The notes under the pieces: model-generated | The model's database searches: none | Told to the model about the DNA's origin: nothing | The model's input: the letters and a program-made list of their open reading frames with translations, nothing else | Position numbers and translations under genes: made by a program | Shown: piece by piece, positions 63,176-64,000 of the stretch | How the letters are laid out: the number at the start of each line of letters is the position of its first letter | Numbering within the stretch: position 1 is the stretch's first letter | DNA from: Monocercomonoides exilis PA203 | Taxonomy: Eukaryota; Protista; Preaxostyla | DNA length: 64,000 nt | Direction: 5' to 3' | NCBI GenBank assembly: GCA_001643675.2 | Contig: LSRY02000050.1 | Span: 1 to 64,000, forward strand

Positions 63176-64000
63176 TAAAGTTATTTATCCTTTTCTTCTC
63201 CTTCATATTTTTCTTCCTCTTCTTCCTCTTCCTTCTTTTCTTCATCTTCTTCTATTTCAAATTTTTCATCTTCTTCTTATTCAGAATCCTCATATTTGTT
63301 TCCATTGTCTTTGTTTTCTTCTTCTTCTTCTACTTCCAATTCAAGAAGCATTTCTTATTTCAAATTCTTTTCAAAAAGCCCATCAACTTAAATGAACAAT
63401 TCGGCTTCGATTATTTTTTTTTTTATTCTTCTCTCTTTCTCTTTCAATCTTCAAGGGATGCATCAAAACTCCCATCAGAATTTCTTCCACTTCTCCGATT
63501 TTCAAATAAAACATTTTTTTGTTGCCTTCAGATGCTGCAAACGGATTGTTTTAACTTTTGGAGATGGAAATGATGAAGAATGGATAAACAGGCAGAGGAA
63601 AGCGTTTGGGTTGAATGCTTCTCTTCACTTGAAGCAGCATCAACATCGTTGTTTGCTGTTTTTGTTGTGTTTTCAACATTCTCTGAGGGTTTCTGATATT
63701 CCTTGAAAGCAAAGGAAGCATTGAGAAAACACAATTTTCTTTTTGCGAATGAGCTGAAAAGAGGTTGTTTTTCTCAAAACAATCAAAAGAATGAATGAAG
63801 ACTTTAAAATAAATAATATTTGTTAACTCATTTTGGGAAGAACTTTGGTGAAAGAAAGAAGAAAATGGAGAAATTTATAATTTTTAATATTTAAATTTGG
63901 AAAAAAAAATTCAATTTTTTTTTTGTTGTTATTTCTTCACTTCATTTTGATGAATCTGGATGACAAATCACTTTAAGCAAACATATGAAAATTAATTTTT

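Overview
This is eukaryotic, AT-rich DNA with short (~55-60 nt) GT-AG introns and the standard genetic code. The gene families and degraded retroelements resemble an oxymonad such as Monocercomonoides (inference, not database-verified). The window has three parts. (1) 1-17972 is a head-to-tail array of about 51 copies of a ~355-bp unit that is extensively self-complementary. It ends in a unique ~110-nt fold-back hairpin with GCGAAGC / tandem-GA motifs typical of ssDNA structures. (2) ~18-29 kb is an AT-rich island with two divergently transcribed, homologous but distinct tyrosine recombinase (YR) genes. Each is fused to a C-terminal Myb/SANT domain, and no reverse transcriptase is nearby. A GGTT/AACC motif cluster and telomere-like CCCTAA motifs lie next to the plus-strand gene. 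(3) ~29.5-64 kb is a pseudogene-rich region. It holds one intact 1.28-kaa repetitive type-I membrane protein, a frameshifted surface-protein pseudogene, four copies of a lineage-specific helical protein family, degraded DIRS-like RT/RNase H remnants, a PIF/Harbinger-type transposase remnant, a foldback element and microsatellites. The best candidate novel system is the paired YR-Myb recombinases together with the structured 355-bp array and its terminal hairpin.
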